Source of the DNA: Croceitalea sp.
GTDB lineage: Bacteria; Bacteroidota; Bacteroidia; Flavobacteriales; Flavobacteriaceae
Direction: 5' to 3'
NCBI GenBank assembly: GCA_013001145.1
Contig: JABDND010000057.1
Coordinates: 4,174-68,173 of the forward strand
DNA: 64,000 bases
Part shown: in pieces, positions 29,934-39,816 of the stretch
How positions within the stretch are numbered: the stretch's first letter is position 1
How the letters are laid out: each line of letters opens with the position of its first letter
Notes under the pieces: generated by a model
Seen by the model: only the letters and a program-made list of their open reading frames with translations
Databases searched by the model: none
Told to the model about the DNA's origin: nothing
Made by a program: the position numbers and the translations under genes

Positions 29934-31100
29934 ATGGGATGTAGCAGTTGTTCAACCAGCAAGGATGGACAGCCGCGGGGATGCAAGAACAATGGTACTT
30001 GTGGCACTGATGGTTGTAATAAACTTACCGTTTTTGATTGGCTGTCAAATATGTCGTTGCCTAACGGACAAAAACCCTTTGATTGCGTAGAGGTCCGTTT
30101 TAAAAATAGCCGTAAAGAGTTTTTTAGAAATGAAGAGGGCATTCCTCTCGCTATTGGCGATATTGTGGCCACGCAGGCCAAATCGGGCCACGATGTGGGC
30201 ATGGTTACCCTCACCGGTGAATTGGTCAAGGTGCAAATGAAGCGCAAAAAAGTTGCCCTCGACGATAAAACGCTCAATAAAATTTACCGCAAGGCCTCAC
30301 AGCGCGATATTGATATTTGGCAAAAATGCAGGGACAAAGAAGAAGAAATCAAAAAACGGTCCCGTGAAATTGCCATTGCCCTTAAATTGGAAATGAAATT
30401 AAGTGACGTTGAATTTCAAGGAGACGGCTCAAAGGCCACCTTTTATTACACCGCCGAAGACCGTGTAGATTTTAGGCAACTGATTAAGGATATGGCAAAG
30501 GCCTTCAATATTCGCATTGAAATGCGCCAAATAGGCTACAGGCAAGAGGCACAGCGTTTAGGAGGTATTGGCTCGTGCGGCCGCGAACTATGTTGTTCTA
30601 CCTGGCTGACAGATTTTAGATCGGTGAGCACCGCTTCTGCACGGTACCAACAGTTGGCGCTTAATCCGCAAAAATTGGCGGGCCAATGCGGCAAGTTAAA
30701 ATGTTGTCTTAATTATGAACTCGATATGTACCTTGATGCCCTTAAGGATTTTCCTTCCCAGGACAGCAAACTTCATACCGAAAAAGGAATTGCCTTTTGT
30801 CAAAAAGCAGATATTTTTAAAGAAATGCTCTGGTTCTCTTACAAAGATGAACCTGCTAATTGGCATGCACTTCGCAAAGAGCAGGTACAAGAAATATTGG
30901 ACTTGAACAAAGCCAGTAAAAAGATTCAAAGTTTGGAAGAATACGCAGTTGAATTTGAAGCCAATGATAAATTGGTTTTTGAAAATGTAGTAGGTCAAGA
31001 CAGCTTAAATCGCTTTGACAAACAGAATTCAAGAAGAAAGCGTAAATCGAACAAAAAAAGGAGGCCCAATAAAAATAGAAGAGCAGCTAAAAATGGTTAG
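29934..31100 (+). CDS. ricT: PSP1-domain Fe-S protein RicT/YaaT
   Basis: RVDFRQLIK, GGIGSCGRELCC, AGQCGKLKCCLNYE. Confidence 0.9.
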   Translation: MGCSSCSTSKDGQPRGCKNNGTCGTDGCNKLTVFDWLSNMSLPNGQKPFDCVEVRFKNSRKEFFRNEEGIPLAIGDIVATQAKSGHDVGMVTLTGELVKVQMKRKKVALDDKTLNKIYRKASQRDIDIWQKCRDKEEEIKKRSREIAIALKLEMKLSDVEFQGDGSKATFYYTAEDRVDFRQLIKDMAKAFNIRIEMRQIGYRQEAQRLGGIGSCGRELCCSTWLTDFRSVSTASARYQQLALNPQKLAGQCGKLKCCLNYELDMYLDALKDFPSQDSKLHTEKGIAFCQKADIFKEMLWFSYKDEPANWHALRKEQVQEILDLNKASKKIQSLEEYAVEFEANDKLVFENVVGQDSLNRFDKQNSRRKRKSNKKRRPNKNRRAAKNG

Positions 31101-31575
31101 AAAATTTTTGCTTATTGTGTTGGTTTTGACCTCGCTTTCTTGCAAAGAAAATTTGGTCTACTCGGACTTTGAAATCTTGAATAATGGTAGCTGGGCCATT
31201 AAAGATACCGTTCGGTTTAAAATAATCGAGCCAGATACCACGGCTCGCCATAATATGTTCATAACCGTTAGAAATGACAATACTTTTCGGTTCAGCAATC
31301 TATTTTTGATAACCCAACTGGCTTTTCCCAATGGTCAAATTCAGGTAGATACCTTGGAATATGAAATGGCCTCCCCAGACGGAACTTGGTTGGGTAAAGG
31401 AATGGGAAGCGTAAAAGAGAACAAGCTTTGGTTTAAAGAAAACATCGTTTTTCCCAATAATGGCGTATATACCTTTAAGGTTATACATGCCATGCGTGCC
31501 AACGGGCAGGTTGAAGGTATTGAAACCCTGCAGGGCATTACAGATATTGGCCTTCAGATTGAAAAAAGTAATTGA
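31093..31575 (+). CDS. gldH: Gliding motility lipoprotein GldH
   Basis: Lipobox SLSC, RNDN.F.FSNLFLI, DTLEYEM..PDG.WLG.G, HAMR; start at 31093. Confidence 0.9.
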   Translation: MVRKFLLIVLVLTSLSCKENLVYSDFEILNNGSWAIKDTVRFKIIEPDTTARHNMFITVRNDNTFRFSNLFLITQLAFPNGQIQVDTLEYEMASPDGTWLGKGMGSVKENKLWFKENIVFPNNGVYTFKVIHAMRANGQVEGIETLQGITDIGLQIEKSN

Positions 31576-31580
31576 TTATC

Positions 31581-33917
31581 ATGGCAAAAACCGCACAAAA
31601 AAATAACAATCAGTTTATAAAATACGTCAAATGGTTCTGGATTTTATTCATTTCAGGAATTTCAATGATTGCCTTGATATTTTTGTTGGCCTCATGGGGC
31701 GCCCTGGGCGAAATGCCTACATTTGAACGTTTGGAAAATCCTCAAACCAATTTAGCCACAGAATTTATTTCTTCAGACGGCGAGACTTTGGGTAAATTGT
31801 ACTTAGATGATAATAGAACTCCAATTGCATTCAATGATTTGCCCGATCATTTGGTAGAGGCGCTTATAGCAACAGAAGATGCCCGTTTTTACGAGCATGC
31901 CGGCATTGATGCAAGGAGTACCCTTAGAGCATTTTTCTTCTTAGGCTCTAAAGGTGGGGCCAGTACCATTTCGCAACAGCTTTCGCGGCAACTTTTTGTT
32001 GGGGTACGCTCCAAAAACAAGTTACAGGCCATCAAACAAAAAATTAAAGAGTGGGTTTTGGCAATACGCCTTGAACGGCAGTATACAAAAGAAGAAATTA
32101 TTACATGGTACTTTAACATCTATGATTTTGGTAATAATGCCGACGGCATTAGATCAGCATCAAGAATTTATTTTGGCAAAGAGCCCATGCAGTTAAAAAT
32201 TGAAGAAGCCGCCATGTTGGTAGGTATGTTCAAGAACTCGTCATTATACAATCCAAGGCCCCATAGAAATCCTGTAGGAACAAAGAATAGACGTAACGTG
32301 GTGCTAAGTCAAATGGCCAAGTACGGTTATATTTCATCAAAAGAAAAAGATTCACTTCAGAATTTAGAAATGAATTTAAATTACAATCCAGAATCACATC
32401 GTGAAGGCTTGGCTACTTATTTTAGAATGTACATGCAACGCTGGTTGAACCGTTGGGTGGAAGACCATCCAAAACCAAATGGCGAAAAGTACAATATCTA
32501 TCTTGATGGTCTTAAAGTATACACTACCATTGATTCAAGAATGCAAAAAAATGCCGAAGATGCCGTTGAGCAACATATGGCACGCCTGCAAGCAGAATTT
32601 TTTGTTCAAAATACACCGGAGCGCAACCCAACAACGCCTTTTTTGGAATTGGAACCGGAAGAGATAACCTCCATCATGGAGCGCGCCATGAAAAGTTCAT
32701 CTCGTTGGCGATCGATGAAAGCTGAAGGCAAAAACGAAAACGAAATCAGGGCTTCATTTAAAGAAAAGACCGAGATGACCGTCTTTGACTGGAACAGTGA
32801 TTCCTTTGAAAAAGATACCATCATGACCCCTATGGATTCCATAAGGTACTACAAGACATTTTTACGTACCGCTATGATGTCAATGGAACCCCAAACAGGT
32901 CATGTAAAAGCCTGGGTAGGCGGTGTGGATTACAAGCATTTTCAATATGACAATGTCATTCAAGGCGCACGACAAGCGGGATCTACTTTTAAACCTTTTG
33001 TCTATGCCGCTGCCATTGACCAGTTGAGACTATCGCCCTGTGATTCATTGCCCGACACCCAATACTGTATTGAACCCTTAAAACACGGCAATCCCGAAGC
33101 TTGGTGCCCTAAAAATTCCGATGGAAAATACTCAGGCAAAAAGCGAACCCTAAAAAATGCTTTGGCTAATTCTGTCAATACCATAACGGCCCAATTAATT
33201 GATAAGGTGGGGCCTGGATCTGTGGTCTCCATTGCCAGAAATATGGGCCTAACAAAAGAAATTTTAGAAGTGCCCGCAATAGCCTTGGGCACCCCAGATA
33301 TGAATGTTTATGAAATGGTGGGGGCATATGGCACTTTTGCCAATCAAGGCGTGTACGTAAAGCCCGTAATGATTACGAGCATCGAAGATAAAAATGGCAC
33401 GGTCTTATATGAGTATATTCCCGAAACCAAAGATGTACTTAGCAAAGATGTGGCCTATGCCATGGTCAATTTAATGGAAGGCGTAACACAGGCAGGATCG
33501 GGCACAAGATTAAGAACGCAAGGATACGATAAATGGCGCACAGAATACAGAGAGATTGTTACTGGTTATCCCTATCAATTCACAAACCCAATTGCGGGTA
33601 AAACGGGTACAACCCAAAATCAAAGTGATGGCTGGTTTATGGGCATGGTTCCCAACTTGGTTACCGGAGTTTGGGTAGGCGGTGAAGAGCGTGCAACCCA
33701 TTTTCGCACCTTAAAATATGGACAGGGTGCATCAATGGCCCTACCAATTTGGGCCTTATATATGAAGGCCAATTACGCAAATGAAGAACTAGGGATTTCA
33801 CAAGATGAATTTGAAGAACCTGAAAATTTGTCCATCAATATAGATTGTACCAAGATTCTTGAAGAAATTAAAGATGATCTTGATACAGAAGACGATTTAG
33901 ATGACTTAGACTTTTAA
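31581..33917 (+). CDS. mrcA: Penicillin-binding protein 1A (transglycosylase/transpeptidase)
   Basis: ATEDARF, GGASTISQQL, GSTFKP (SxxK), SVN, GKTGTT. Confidence 0.92.
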   Translation: MAKTAQKNNNQFIKYVKWFWILFISGISMIALIFLLASWGALGEMPTFERLENPQTNLATEFISSDGETLGKLYLDDNRTPIAFNDLPDHLVEALIATEDARFYEHAGIDARSTLRAFFFLGSKGGASTISQQLSRQLFVGVRSKNKLQAIKQKIKEWVLAIRLERQYTKEEIITWYFNIYDFGNNADGIRSASRIYFGKEPMQLKIEEAAMLVGMFKNSSLYNPRPHRNPVGTKNRRNVVLSQMAKYGYISSKEKDSLQNLEMNLNYNPESHREGLATYFRMYMQRWLNRWVEDHPKPNGEKYNIYLDGLKVYTTIDSRMQKNAEDAVEQHMARLQAEFFVQNTPERNPTTPFLELEPEEITSIMERAMKSSSRWRSMKAEGKNENEIRASFKEKTEMTVFDWNSDSFEKDTIMTPMDSIRYYKTFLRTAMMSMEPQTGHVKAWVGGVDYKHFQYDNVIQGARQAGSTFKPFVYAAAIDQLRLSPCDSLPDTQYCIEPLKHGNPEAWCPKNSDGKYSGKKRTLKNALANSVNTITAQLIDKVGPGSVVSIARNMGLTKEILEVPAIALGTPDMNVYEMVGAYGTFANQGVYVKPVMITSIEDKNGTVLYEYIPETKDVLSKDVAYAMVNLMEGVTQAGSGTRLRTQGYDKWRTEYREIVTGYPYQFTNPIAGKTGTTQNQSDGWFMGMVPNLVTGVWVGGEERATHFRTLKYGQGASMALPIWALYMKANYANEELGISQDEFEEPENLSINIDCTKILEEIKDDLDTEDDLDDLDF

Positions 33918-33926
33918 AGTTAACCT

Positions 33927-34628
33927 ATGATCAATAAAAAAGTAAAAGGAGTTATTGAAGCCTTGGAAGGGGTGCAAAACGGCATGACCTTTATGTTGGG
34001 GGGTTTTGGACTGTGTGGCATACCTGAAAATGCAATAGTAGAATTGGTTCGTTTGGGAATAAAGGATATCACTTGTATTTCCAATAACGCAGGAGTCGAT
34101 GATTTTGGCCTTGGATTATTATTGCAAAAGCATCAGATAAAAAAAATGATATCATCCTACGTGGGTGAAAACGATGAGTTTGAAAGGCAAATGTTGAGTG
34201 GGGAACTTGAAGTGGAGTTGACTCCCCAAGGTACGCTGGCCGAAAAGTGTCGTGCGGCACAAGCAGGCTTTCCAGCATTTTATACACCGGCTGGCTTTGG
34301 TACCGAGGTTGCCGAAGGCAAAGAGACCCGTGAGTTTGATGGTAAAATGTATGTACTCGAAAATGCCTACAGGGCCGATTTTGCTTTCGTAAAAGCTTGG
34401 AAAGGTGATGAAGCTGGCAATCTGATTTTTAAAGGAACGGCCCGTAATTTTAATCCATGTATGTGTGGGGCGGCAACGATCACAGTTGCCGAAGTGGAGC
34501 AATTAATGCCAGCCGGGAGTTTAGACCCCAATGAAATACACATTCCCGGAATATTTGTGCAGCGCATTTTTGAAGGGAAAAAGTATGAGAAAAGAATTGA
34601 ACAACGAACCGTAAGAACCAGAAACTGA
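33927..34628 (+). CDS. scoA: 3-oxoacid CoA-transferase subunit A
   Basis: [22 protein letters not shown]. Confidence 0.93.
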   Translation: MINKKVKGVIEALEGVQNGMTFMLGGFGLCGIPENAIVELVRLGIKDITCISNNAGVDDFGLGLLLQKHQIKKMISSYVGENDEFERQMLSGELEVELTPQGTLAEKCRAAQAGFPAFYTPAGFGTEVAEGKETREFDGKMYVLENAYRADFAFVKAWKGDEAGNLIFKGTARNFNPCMCGAATITVAEVEQLMPAGSLDPNEIHIPGIFVQRIFEGKKYEKRIEQRTVRTRN

Positions 34629-35281
34629 TGTTGGATAAAAACGGAATCGCGAAACGAATTGCACAAGAGGTTCAAGATGGCTATTATGTGAATCTGGGCA
34701 TAGGCATACCAACTTTGGTGGCCAATTTTGTGCGCAATGACATTAGTGTTGAATTTCAAAGTGAAAATGGTGTTTTGGGGATGGGACCTTTTCCCTTTGA
34801 TGGAGAAGAAGATGCCGATATTATTAATGCCGGCAAACAAACAATAACTACCTTACCGGGAGCCTCATTTTTTGACTCGGCCCTAAGCTTTTCGATGATT
34901 CGAGGTAAGCATGTCGACCTTACAATTTTAGGCGCTATGGAGGTGGCCGAAAATGGCGACATAGCCAATTGGAAAATTCCCGGTAAAATGGTCAAAGGAA
35001 TGGGCGGTGCCATGGATTTGGTGGCCTCTGCTGAGAACATTATTGTGGCTATGATGCACACCAATAAGGCAGGTGAATCAAAGCTTTTGAAAAACTGTAC
35101 TCTTCCGTTAACTGGTGTGGGCTGTGTAAAAAAAATAGTGACCAATTTGGCTGTGATCGAAGTTAAAAATGATGGTTTCCATCTGCTGGAACGCGCCCCT
35201 GGGGTATCTGTAGATCAAATAAAAAAAGCGACTGAAGGCAAGCTCTTTGTTGATGGTGAAGTGCCCGAAATGAACATTTGA
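34628..35281 (+). CDS. scoB: 3-oxoacid CoA-transferase subunit B
   Basis: VNLGIGIPT, catalytic QSENG, GMGGAMDL. Confidence 0.93.
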   Translation: MLDKNGIAKRIAQEVQDGYYVNLGIGIPTLVANFVRNDISVEFQSENGVLGMGPFPFDGEEDADIINAGKQTITTLPGASFFDSALSFSMIRGKHVDLTILGAMEVAENGDIANWKIPGKMVKGMGGAMDLVASAENIIVAMMHTNKAGESKLLKNCTLPLTGVGCVKKIVTNLAVIEVKNDGFHLLERAPGVSVDQIKKATEGKLFVDGEVPEMNI

Positions 35282-35322
35282 TTTTTAGTTGAGTTTCTTC
35301 AAAACGGGAATTTAATTTGTTG

Positions 35323-35385
35323 ACAACAAAGTTTGATTGCTTCACAACAAAAACTTTTGACTAGGAGATTGTTTGAATACATTTG
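35323..35385 (+). promoter_or_regulatory. Promoter with 21-bp-spaced direct repeats upstream of a small ORF
   Basis: ACAACAAA at 35323 and 35344, TTTG at 35356-35359, TACATTTG at 35378-35385. Confidence 0.6.
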
Positions 35386-35433
35386 GGGGAGAACGAAAAG
35401 TCACCAAGTTAACCTACTTTAATCCTCAGTTCA

Positions 35434-35541
35434 ATGATTACTAATTTTAACCGTAAACCTGTTGAAGAAGAGATACAGGTGTACCGCAATGATTTTTATA
35501 GCGGTTTTATGAGATTGGTCAAAAAACTATTTATGTTTTAA
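35434..35541 (+). CDS. Unannotated 35-aa small protein with an amphipathic C-terminal helix
   Basis: MITNFNRKPVEEEIQVYRNDFYSGFMRLVKKLFMF*; flanked by its own promoter and terminator. Confidence 0.6.
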   Translation: MITNFNRKPVEEEIQVYRNDFYSGFMRLVKKLFMF

Positions 35542-35564
35542 AGACCTAAGTACTCAAAAAGAAT

Positions 35565-35597
35565 AAAGAGTTAGATTTACGTCTAGCTCTTTTTTTA
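35565..35597 (+). terminator. Terminator after the 35-aa ORF
   Basis: AAAGAGTTAGA-TTTACG-TCTAGCTCTTT followed by a T-tract. Confidence 0.8.
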
Positions 35598-35619
35598 TTT
35601 TTAGAGCTCAAACACTGCT

Positions 35620-36135
35620 ATGGATATTCAATTTAAATTATGCACGCTTTCCGATTTAATTAGTTTGGCTCAATTGGCAAAAAGCACATTTGTTGAAGCA
35701 TTTGAAAAAGATAACGACCCTAAAGATTTTCAGACCTATTTGAAGAAAGCTTTTTCAGAGCAACAGGTGGAACAAGAACTCAAAAATGAAAACTCATTTT
35801 TCTACTTCGCATTTTTAGATCATGAATTGGTGGGCTATTTTAAATTGAACCAATCAAATGCCCAGACCGATGTTTATGCTGATAATACCATGGAACTGGA
35901 GCGTATTTATGTTGTGCCTGAACATCAGAACAAAAAGATTGGGACTATCTTATTAAATAGAGCCATTGCCATAGCCAAAGAAAAGCAGAAACAATATATT
36001 TGGTTGGGCGTTTGGCAAAAAAATGTACGCGCCATTGATTTTTATGAAAAGCACGACTTCAAAAAATTTGATACGCATCCCTATTTTATTGGTAGCGATG
36101 TACAAACCGATTGGTTGATGCGTAAAGAACTATAA
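35620..36135 (+). CDS. GNAT N-acetyltransferase (PaiA-like)
   Basis: ELERIYV..HQNKKIG, IWLGVW..N..AIDFYEK. Confidence 0.9.
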   Translation: MDIQFKLCTLSDLISLAQLAKSTFVEAFEKDNDPKDFQTYLKKAFSEQQVEQELKNENSFFYFAFLDHELVGYFKLNQSNAQTDVYADNTMELERIYVVPEHQNKKIGTILLNRAIAIAKEKQKQYIWLGVWQKNVRAIDFYEKHDFKKFDTHPYFIGSDVQTDWLMRKEL

Positions 36136-36137
36136 TT

Positions 36138-37292
36138 ATGCACATGAAACGAATAAATATGCTGTTGGCCCTATTATTAACGGGCATGGTTTGGGCACAA
36201 GAACCGTATTTTCCGGAACGTAATGCCATTTGGGAGCAGGCTGGAATAAGCTCGAAAGTAGTCAATGAAGCTAAGCTTAACGAGGCCGTACAATTTGCTT
36301 TGGACAATGAATATTCGGGCTCTAGAGATCTGCGTATTGCTATTTTAAAAGGATTTGAGAGGGAACCCTACCACCAAATTTTGGGGCCTACTAAAAAAAG
36401 GGGAGGACCAGCTGGAATGATTCTTAAAAACGGTAAAATTTTAAAACAATGGGGCGATACCAAACGGGTTGATATGACCTTTAGTGTCACCAAAAGTTTT
36501 TTGTCGACCGTGGCAGGATTGGCCTACGACCAACAATTGATTGCAGATGTCAATGACAAAGTGGTGGATTATGTTTGGGACGGCACTTTTGATGGCCAGC
36601 ACAACGGTAAAATTACATGGGAGCATTTGTTGCAACAAAACTCCGACTGGTCCGGTGAATTATGGGGTGGTAAAGATTGGGCCGATCGGCCCCCAAAAGT
36701 TGGTGGAGTAGATGATTGGAAGTTTCGCAAACTAAATGAACCCGGCACAGTGATGGAATATAATGATGTACGGGTAAATGTCTTGGCCTATTCCCTTACA
36801 CATGTATGGCGCAAGCCTTTGCCCGTTGTACTCAAGGAACGTATTATGGACAAGATAGGTGCATCAACCACTTGGCGTTGGCATGGGTATGAGCACGCTT
36901 GGACAGAAATTGATGGTTTAAAAATGAAATCGGTGACGGGCGGAGGTCATTCTGGGGCCGGTTTGTTCATCAATACAGAAGATATGGCCCGTTTTGGTTT
37001 ACTTTTCTTAAATAATGGCCAATGGAAAACAGAACAAGTGATAAGTAAAAAATGGCTATCAATGGCCATGCAGGAATCTGGTCCAAACCCAAATTATGGG
37101 TATATGTGGTGGTTGAATAAAAAGGGATCACGACATTGGGAAGGCTTGTCAGAAGACATCTATTATGCCGCTGGCTTCGGAGGCAACTTTATTGTTATTG
37201 ATCAAGAAAAACAATTGGTTGTAGTGACCCGTTGGCTGGAACCCAATAAAATAGGAGACTTCATGAAATTGGTAGACCAAGCAGTCAATTAG
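36138..37292 (+). CDS. Exported serine hydrolase, beta-lactamase/NylB-like fold
   Basis: Signal peptide, SVTK (SxxK), YND, YYAAGFGGN. Confidence 0.88.
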   Translation: MHMKRINMLLALLLTGMVWAQEPYFPERNAIWEQAGISSKVVNEAKLNEAVQFALDNEYSGSRDLRIAILKGFEREPYHQILGPTKKRGGPAGMILKNGKILKQWGDTKRVDMTFSVTKSFLSTVAGLAYDQQLIADVNDKVVDYVWDGTFDGQHNGKITWEHLLQQNSDWSGELWGGKDWADRPPKVGGVDDWKFRKLNEPGTVMEYNDVRVNVLAYSLTHVWRKPLPVVLKERIMDKIGASTTWRWHGYEHAWTEIDGLKMKSVTGGGHSGAGLFINTEDMARFGLLFLNNGQWKTEQVISKKWLSMAMQESGPNPNYGYMWWLNKKGSRHWEGLSEDIYYAAGFGGNFIVIDQEKQLVVVTRWLEPNKIGDFMKLVDQAVN

Positions 37293-37293
37293 T

Positions 37294-38439
37294 CTAGATC
37301 TTATTCAAAATATCTGCTGCCCTTGATAGGGTGTCTTCCGTTTTGGCAAAACAGAAACGCAACTGTTTATTGTCTGCATTGTTCAAGTTAAATATCGAAG
37401 TGGGTATGCTGGCCACTTTATGTGTTTTGATCAGTTGTTTTGAAAACTCGATATCACTTAAATCGGTTATACTGGAATAATCCAAGAGTTGAAAATAGGT
37501 GCCTTTACTTGGTAAAAACTTAAATCGGGAATTGCCAATTGCACTTAAAAATAAATTGCGTTTTTTTTCATAAAAGTTTGAAAGTGACAAATAGGTATTG
37601 GCATCTTGAAGGTATTTGGCAATTCCTATCTGAATGGGATGGTTTACGCTGAACACATTGTATTGATGTATTTTTTGAAATTCGATCATAAGGTTTTTAG
37701 GAGCTAAACAATAGCCCACTTTCCAACCCGTTACATGAAAGGTTTTTCCGAAAGATGCGCAAATAAGACTTCTTGTAGCCAGATCTGCGTATTTGGCGGC
37801 ACTTTCATGGTGGAGACCATCAAAGATTATATGTTCGTATACCTCATCACTCAATAAAATGATATCTGTATTCTTAAGTAACTTCTGAAGCTGTAGCATA
37901 TCGCTTTCCAACAATATCGATCCCGATGGATTGTGTGGCGTATTGATAATGACCATTTTGGTTTGGGCTGTGAGTTTTTTTTTGAATTCGTCCCAATCAA
38001 TTTTGAAACCTTCTCCTTTTAACTGAATGGGCACCACGCGACCTCCATATAATTGAATGGCTGGTTCATAACAATCATAAGCAGGTTTGAATACGATTAC
38101 CTCATCATCTTGTTTAACAAAGGCAGCTATGGCCGTAAATATGGCTTGGGTGGCACCAGCCGTAATGGTTATTTCATTTTCAGGATGATAGGTACGCCCA
38201 TAAGCAGCGGCAATTTTTTCACTAATGGCCTCACGCAATGAATAAATACCTGGCATTGGTGCGTACTGATTGTTTTGCTCGTTGATGGCCGTATTGACCA
38301 AGGCCAATAAATCGTTATCAGCTCCAAAATTTGGAAAACCCTGTGATAGATTGATTGCACCTTCTTCATGGGCCAATTTAGACATGACCGAAAAAATGGA
38401 TGTTTTTACATCGGGTAATTTAGAAGAAGGAAATCTCAT
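37294..38439 (-). CDS. PLP-dependent methionine aminotransferase (YbdL-like, class I)
   Basis: AINLSQGFP, NTPHNPSG, SDEVYEH, SFGKTFHVTGWKVGY, LRFCFAK; start at 38439 overlaps the vsr stop. Confidence 0.9.
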   Translation of the reverse strand: MRFPSSKLPDVKTSIFSVMSKLAHEEGAINLSQGFPNFGADNDLLALVNTAINEQNNQYAPMPGIYSLREAISEKIAAAYGRTYHPENEITITAGATQAIFTAIAAFVKQDDEVIVFKPAYDCYEPAIQLYGGRVVPIQLKGEGFKIDWDEFKKKLTAQTKMVIINTPHNPSGSILLESDMLQLQKLLKNTDIILLSDEVYEHIIFDGLHHESAAKYADLATRSLICASFGKTFHVTGWKVGYCLAPKNLMIEFQKIHQYNVFSVNHPIQIGIAKYLQDANTYLSLSNFYEKKRNLFLSAIGNSRFKFLPSKGTYFQLLDYSSITDLSDIEFSKQLIKTHKVASIPTSIFNLNNADNKQLRFCFAKTEDTLSRAADILNKI

Positions 38440-38906
38440 GAAAATTGTTGTAAATGCCTTAATACCGAAGTTAAGCATTCATCAAGATTTTTGACGACTT
38501 CCTTTTCCCAAAATCTAAAGACAGTATAGCCCATTTCTTTTAAATTTTGGTTTACTTCTTGATCTCGCTGAATATTGCGCTCTATTTTTGGAATCCAAAA
38601 TTCACGATTGGATTTAATCTTGTGTTTTCGTTCAATCCAATTGTATCCATGCCAAAACTCACCATCAATAAAAATAACCGTCTTGTACTTATTTAAGGCA
38701 ATATCTGGTTTGCCAATAAGTTTCTTGTAATCTATGCGATATCTGTATCCAGCTGCCCACAAAGATTTCCGAAAGGCCAGTTCGGGCTTGGTATTTTTAC
38801 CCCTTATTTTGCTCATTATCTTTGAACGTTCAGGGGTCGTATAAAATCCGGAAGCTTCGTTGAATCGAGGGACTTTAATTTTTATTTCACTATAGCTTTT
38901 GGCCAT
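38436..38906 (-). CDS. vsr: Very short patch repair endonuclease
   Basis: RSKIMSKIRGKNTKPE, GKPDI, IFIDGEFWHG, FW..KIERN..RD, RFWE. Confidence 0.92.
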   Translation of the reverse strand: MAKSYSEIKIKVPRFNEASGFYTTPERSKIMSKIRGKNTKPELAFRKSLWAAGYRYRIDYKKLIGKPDIALNKYKTVIFIDGEFWHGYNWIERKHKIKSNREFWIPKIERNIQRDQEVNQNLKEMGYTVFRFWEKEVVKNLDECLTSVLRHLQQFS

Positions 38907-38919
38907 AAGGTAAGATAAC

Positions 38920-38953
38920 AAAAAACCCAAACTCCTTTCAAGGAATTTGGGTT
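38920..38953 (-). terminator. Terminator of sdhCAB
   Basis: Near-perfect inverted repeat AACCCAAACTCCTT/AAGGAATTTGGGTT with a U-run on the minus strand. Confidence 0.75.
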
Positions 38954-38974
38954 CTTCAATTTTAAAAAGTTGGT

Positions 38975-39721
38975 TTATCCTTTGATACTGGCAGATAAAT
39001 ACTCTCTATTCATACGGGCAATGTTCTCAAGCGAGATACCCTTTGGGCACTCCACTTCGCAAGCACCGGTATTGGTGCAATTGCCAAAGCCTTCCAAATC
39101 CATTTGGCGCACCATGTTCATCACGCGATCGGCCGCTTCTACCTGACCTTGCGGCAATAAGGCAAATTGCGAAACTTTGGCTGAGGTAAATAGCATGGCA
39201 CTGGCATTTTTACAAGCCGCAACACAGGCACCACAACCAATGCAGGTAGCGGCATTAAATGATTTATCGGCCATCTCTTTTTCGATGGGGATGGCGTTGG
39301 CATCTACTGGTCGCCCCGATGTATTTACCGAAATGAACCCACCTGCTTGCTGAATGCGGTCAAATGAGCTTCGATCTACAACAAGGTCCTTAATTACCGG
39401 AAATGCTTTTGCCCGCCAAGGTTCTATTACAATGGTATCTCCATCATTAAAACTGCGCATGTGCAATTGACAAACGGTTATTCTAGAATCCGGGCCATGG
39501 GGCCTTCCGTTGATCATCAACGAACAGGTACCGCATATGCCTTCTCTGCAATCGTGATCAAATTCAATAGGCACTTCACCCTTGGCAATCAGTTCTTCGT
39601 TTAAAATATCGAGCATCTCTAAAAAAGACATGTCGCTTTCAACGCCATCCAAGGTATAATCGACCATTTTTCCTTTGGTGTTGCCATCCTTTTGGCGCCA
39701 AATTTTCAAAAATAATTTCAT
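38975..39721 (-). CDS. sdhB: Succinate dehydrogenase/fumarate reductase Fe-S subunit
   Basis: [32 protein letters not shown]. Confidence 0.97.
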   Translation of the reverse strand: MKLFLKIWRQKDGNTKGKMVDYTLDGVESDMSFLEMLDILNEELIAKGEVPIEFDHDCREGICGTCSLMINGRPHGPDSRITVCQLHMRSFNDGDTIVIEPWRAKAFPVIKDLVVDRSSFDRIQQAGGFISVNTSGRPVDANAIPIEKEMADKSFNAATCIGCGACVAACKNASAMLFTSAKVSQFALLPQGQVEAADRVMNMVRQMDLEGFGNCTNTGACEVECPKGISLENIARMNREYLSASIKG

Positions 39722-39816
39722 CTGTAATTTTTTTAGTTTTAAATATGTCAGATGTAATTCGCCAAGTACCTAAGTCAATAATTCCGAACTAAGGTGTGGC
39801 TCCTTTCATAGCAATA

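Noticed and set aside
36138-37292. Serine hydrolase as an antibiotic-resistance beta-lactamase
   Set aside because: It has only the generic SxxK fold and lacks a KTG-type motif; esterase or amidase activity is at least as likely
39722-39816. 95-bp sdhA-sdhB spacer as an insertion scar or ncRNA
   Set aside because: No convincing ORF, stem or repeat
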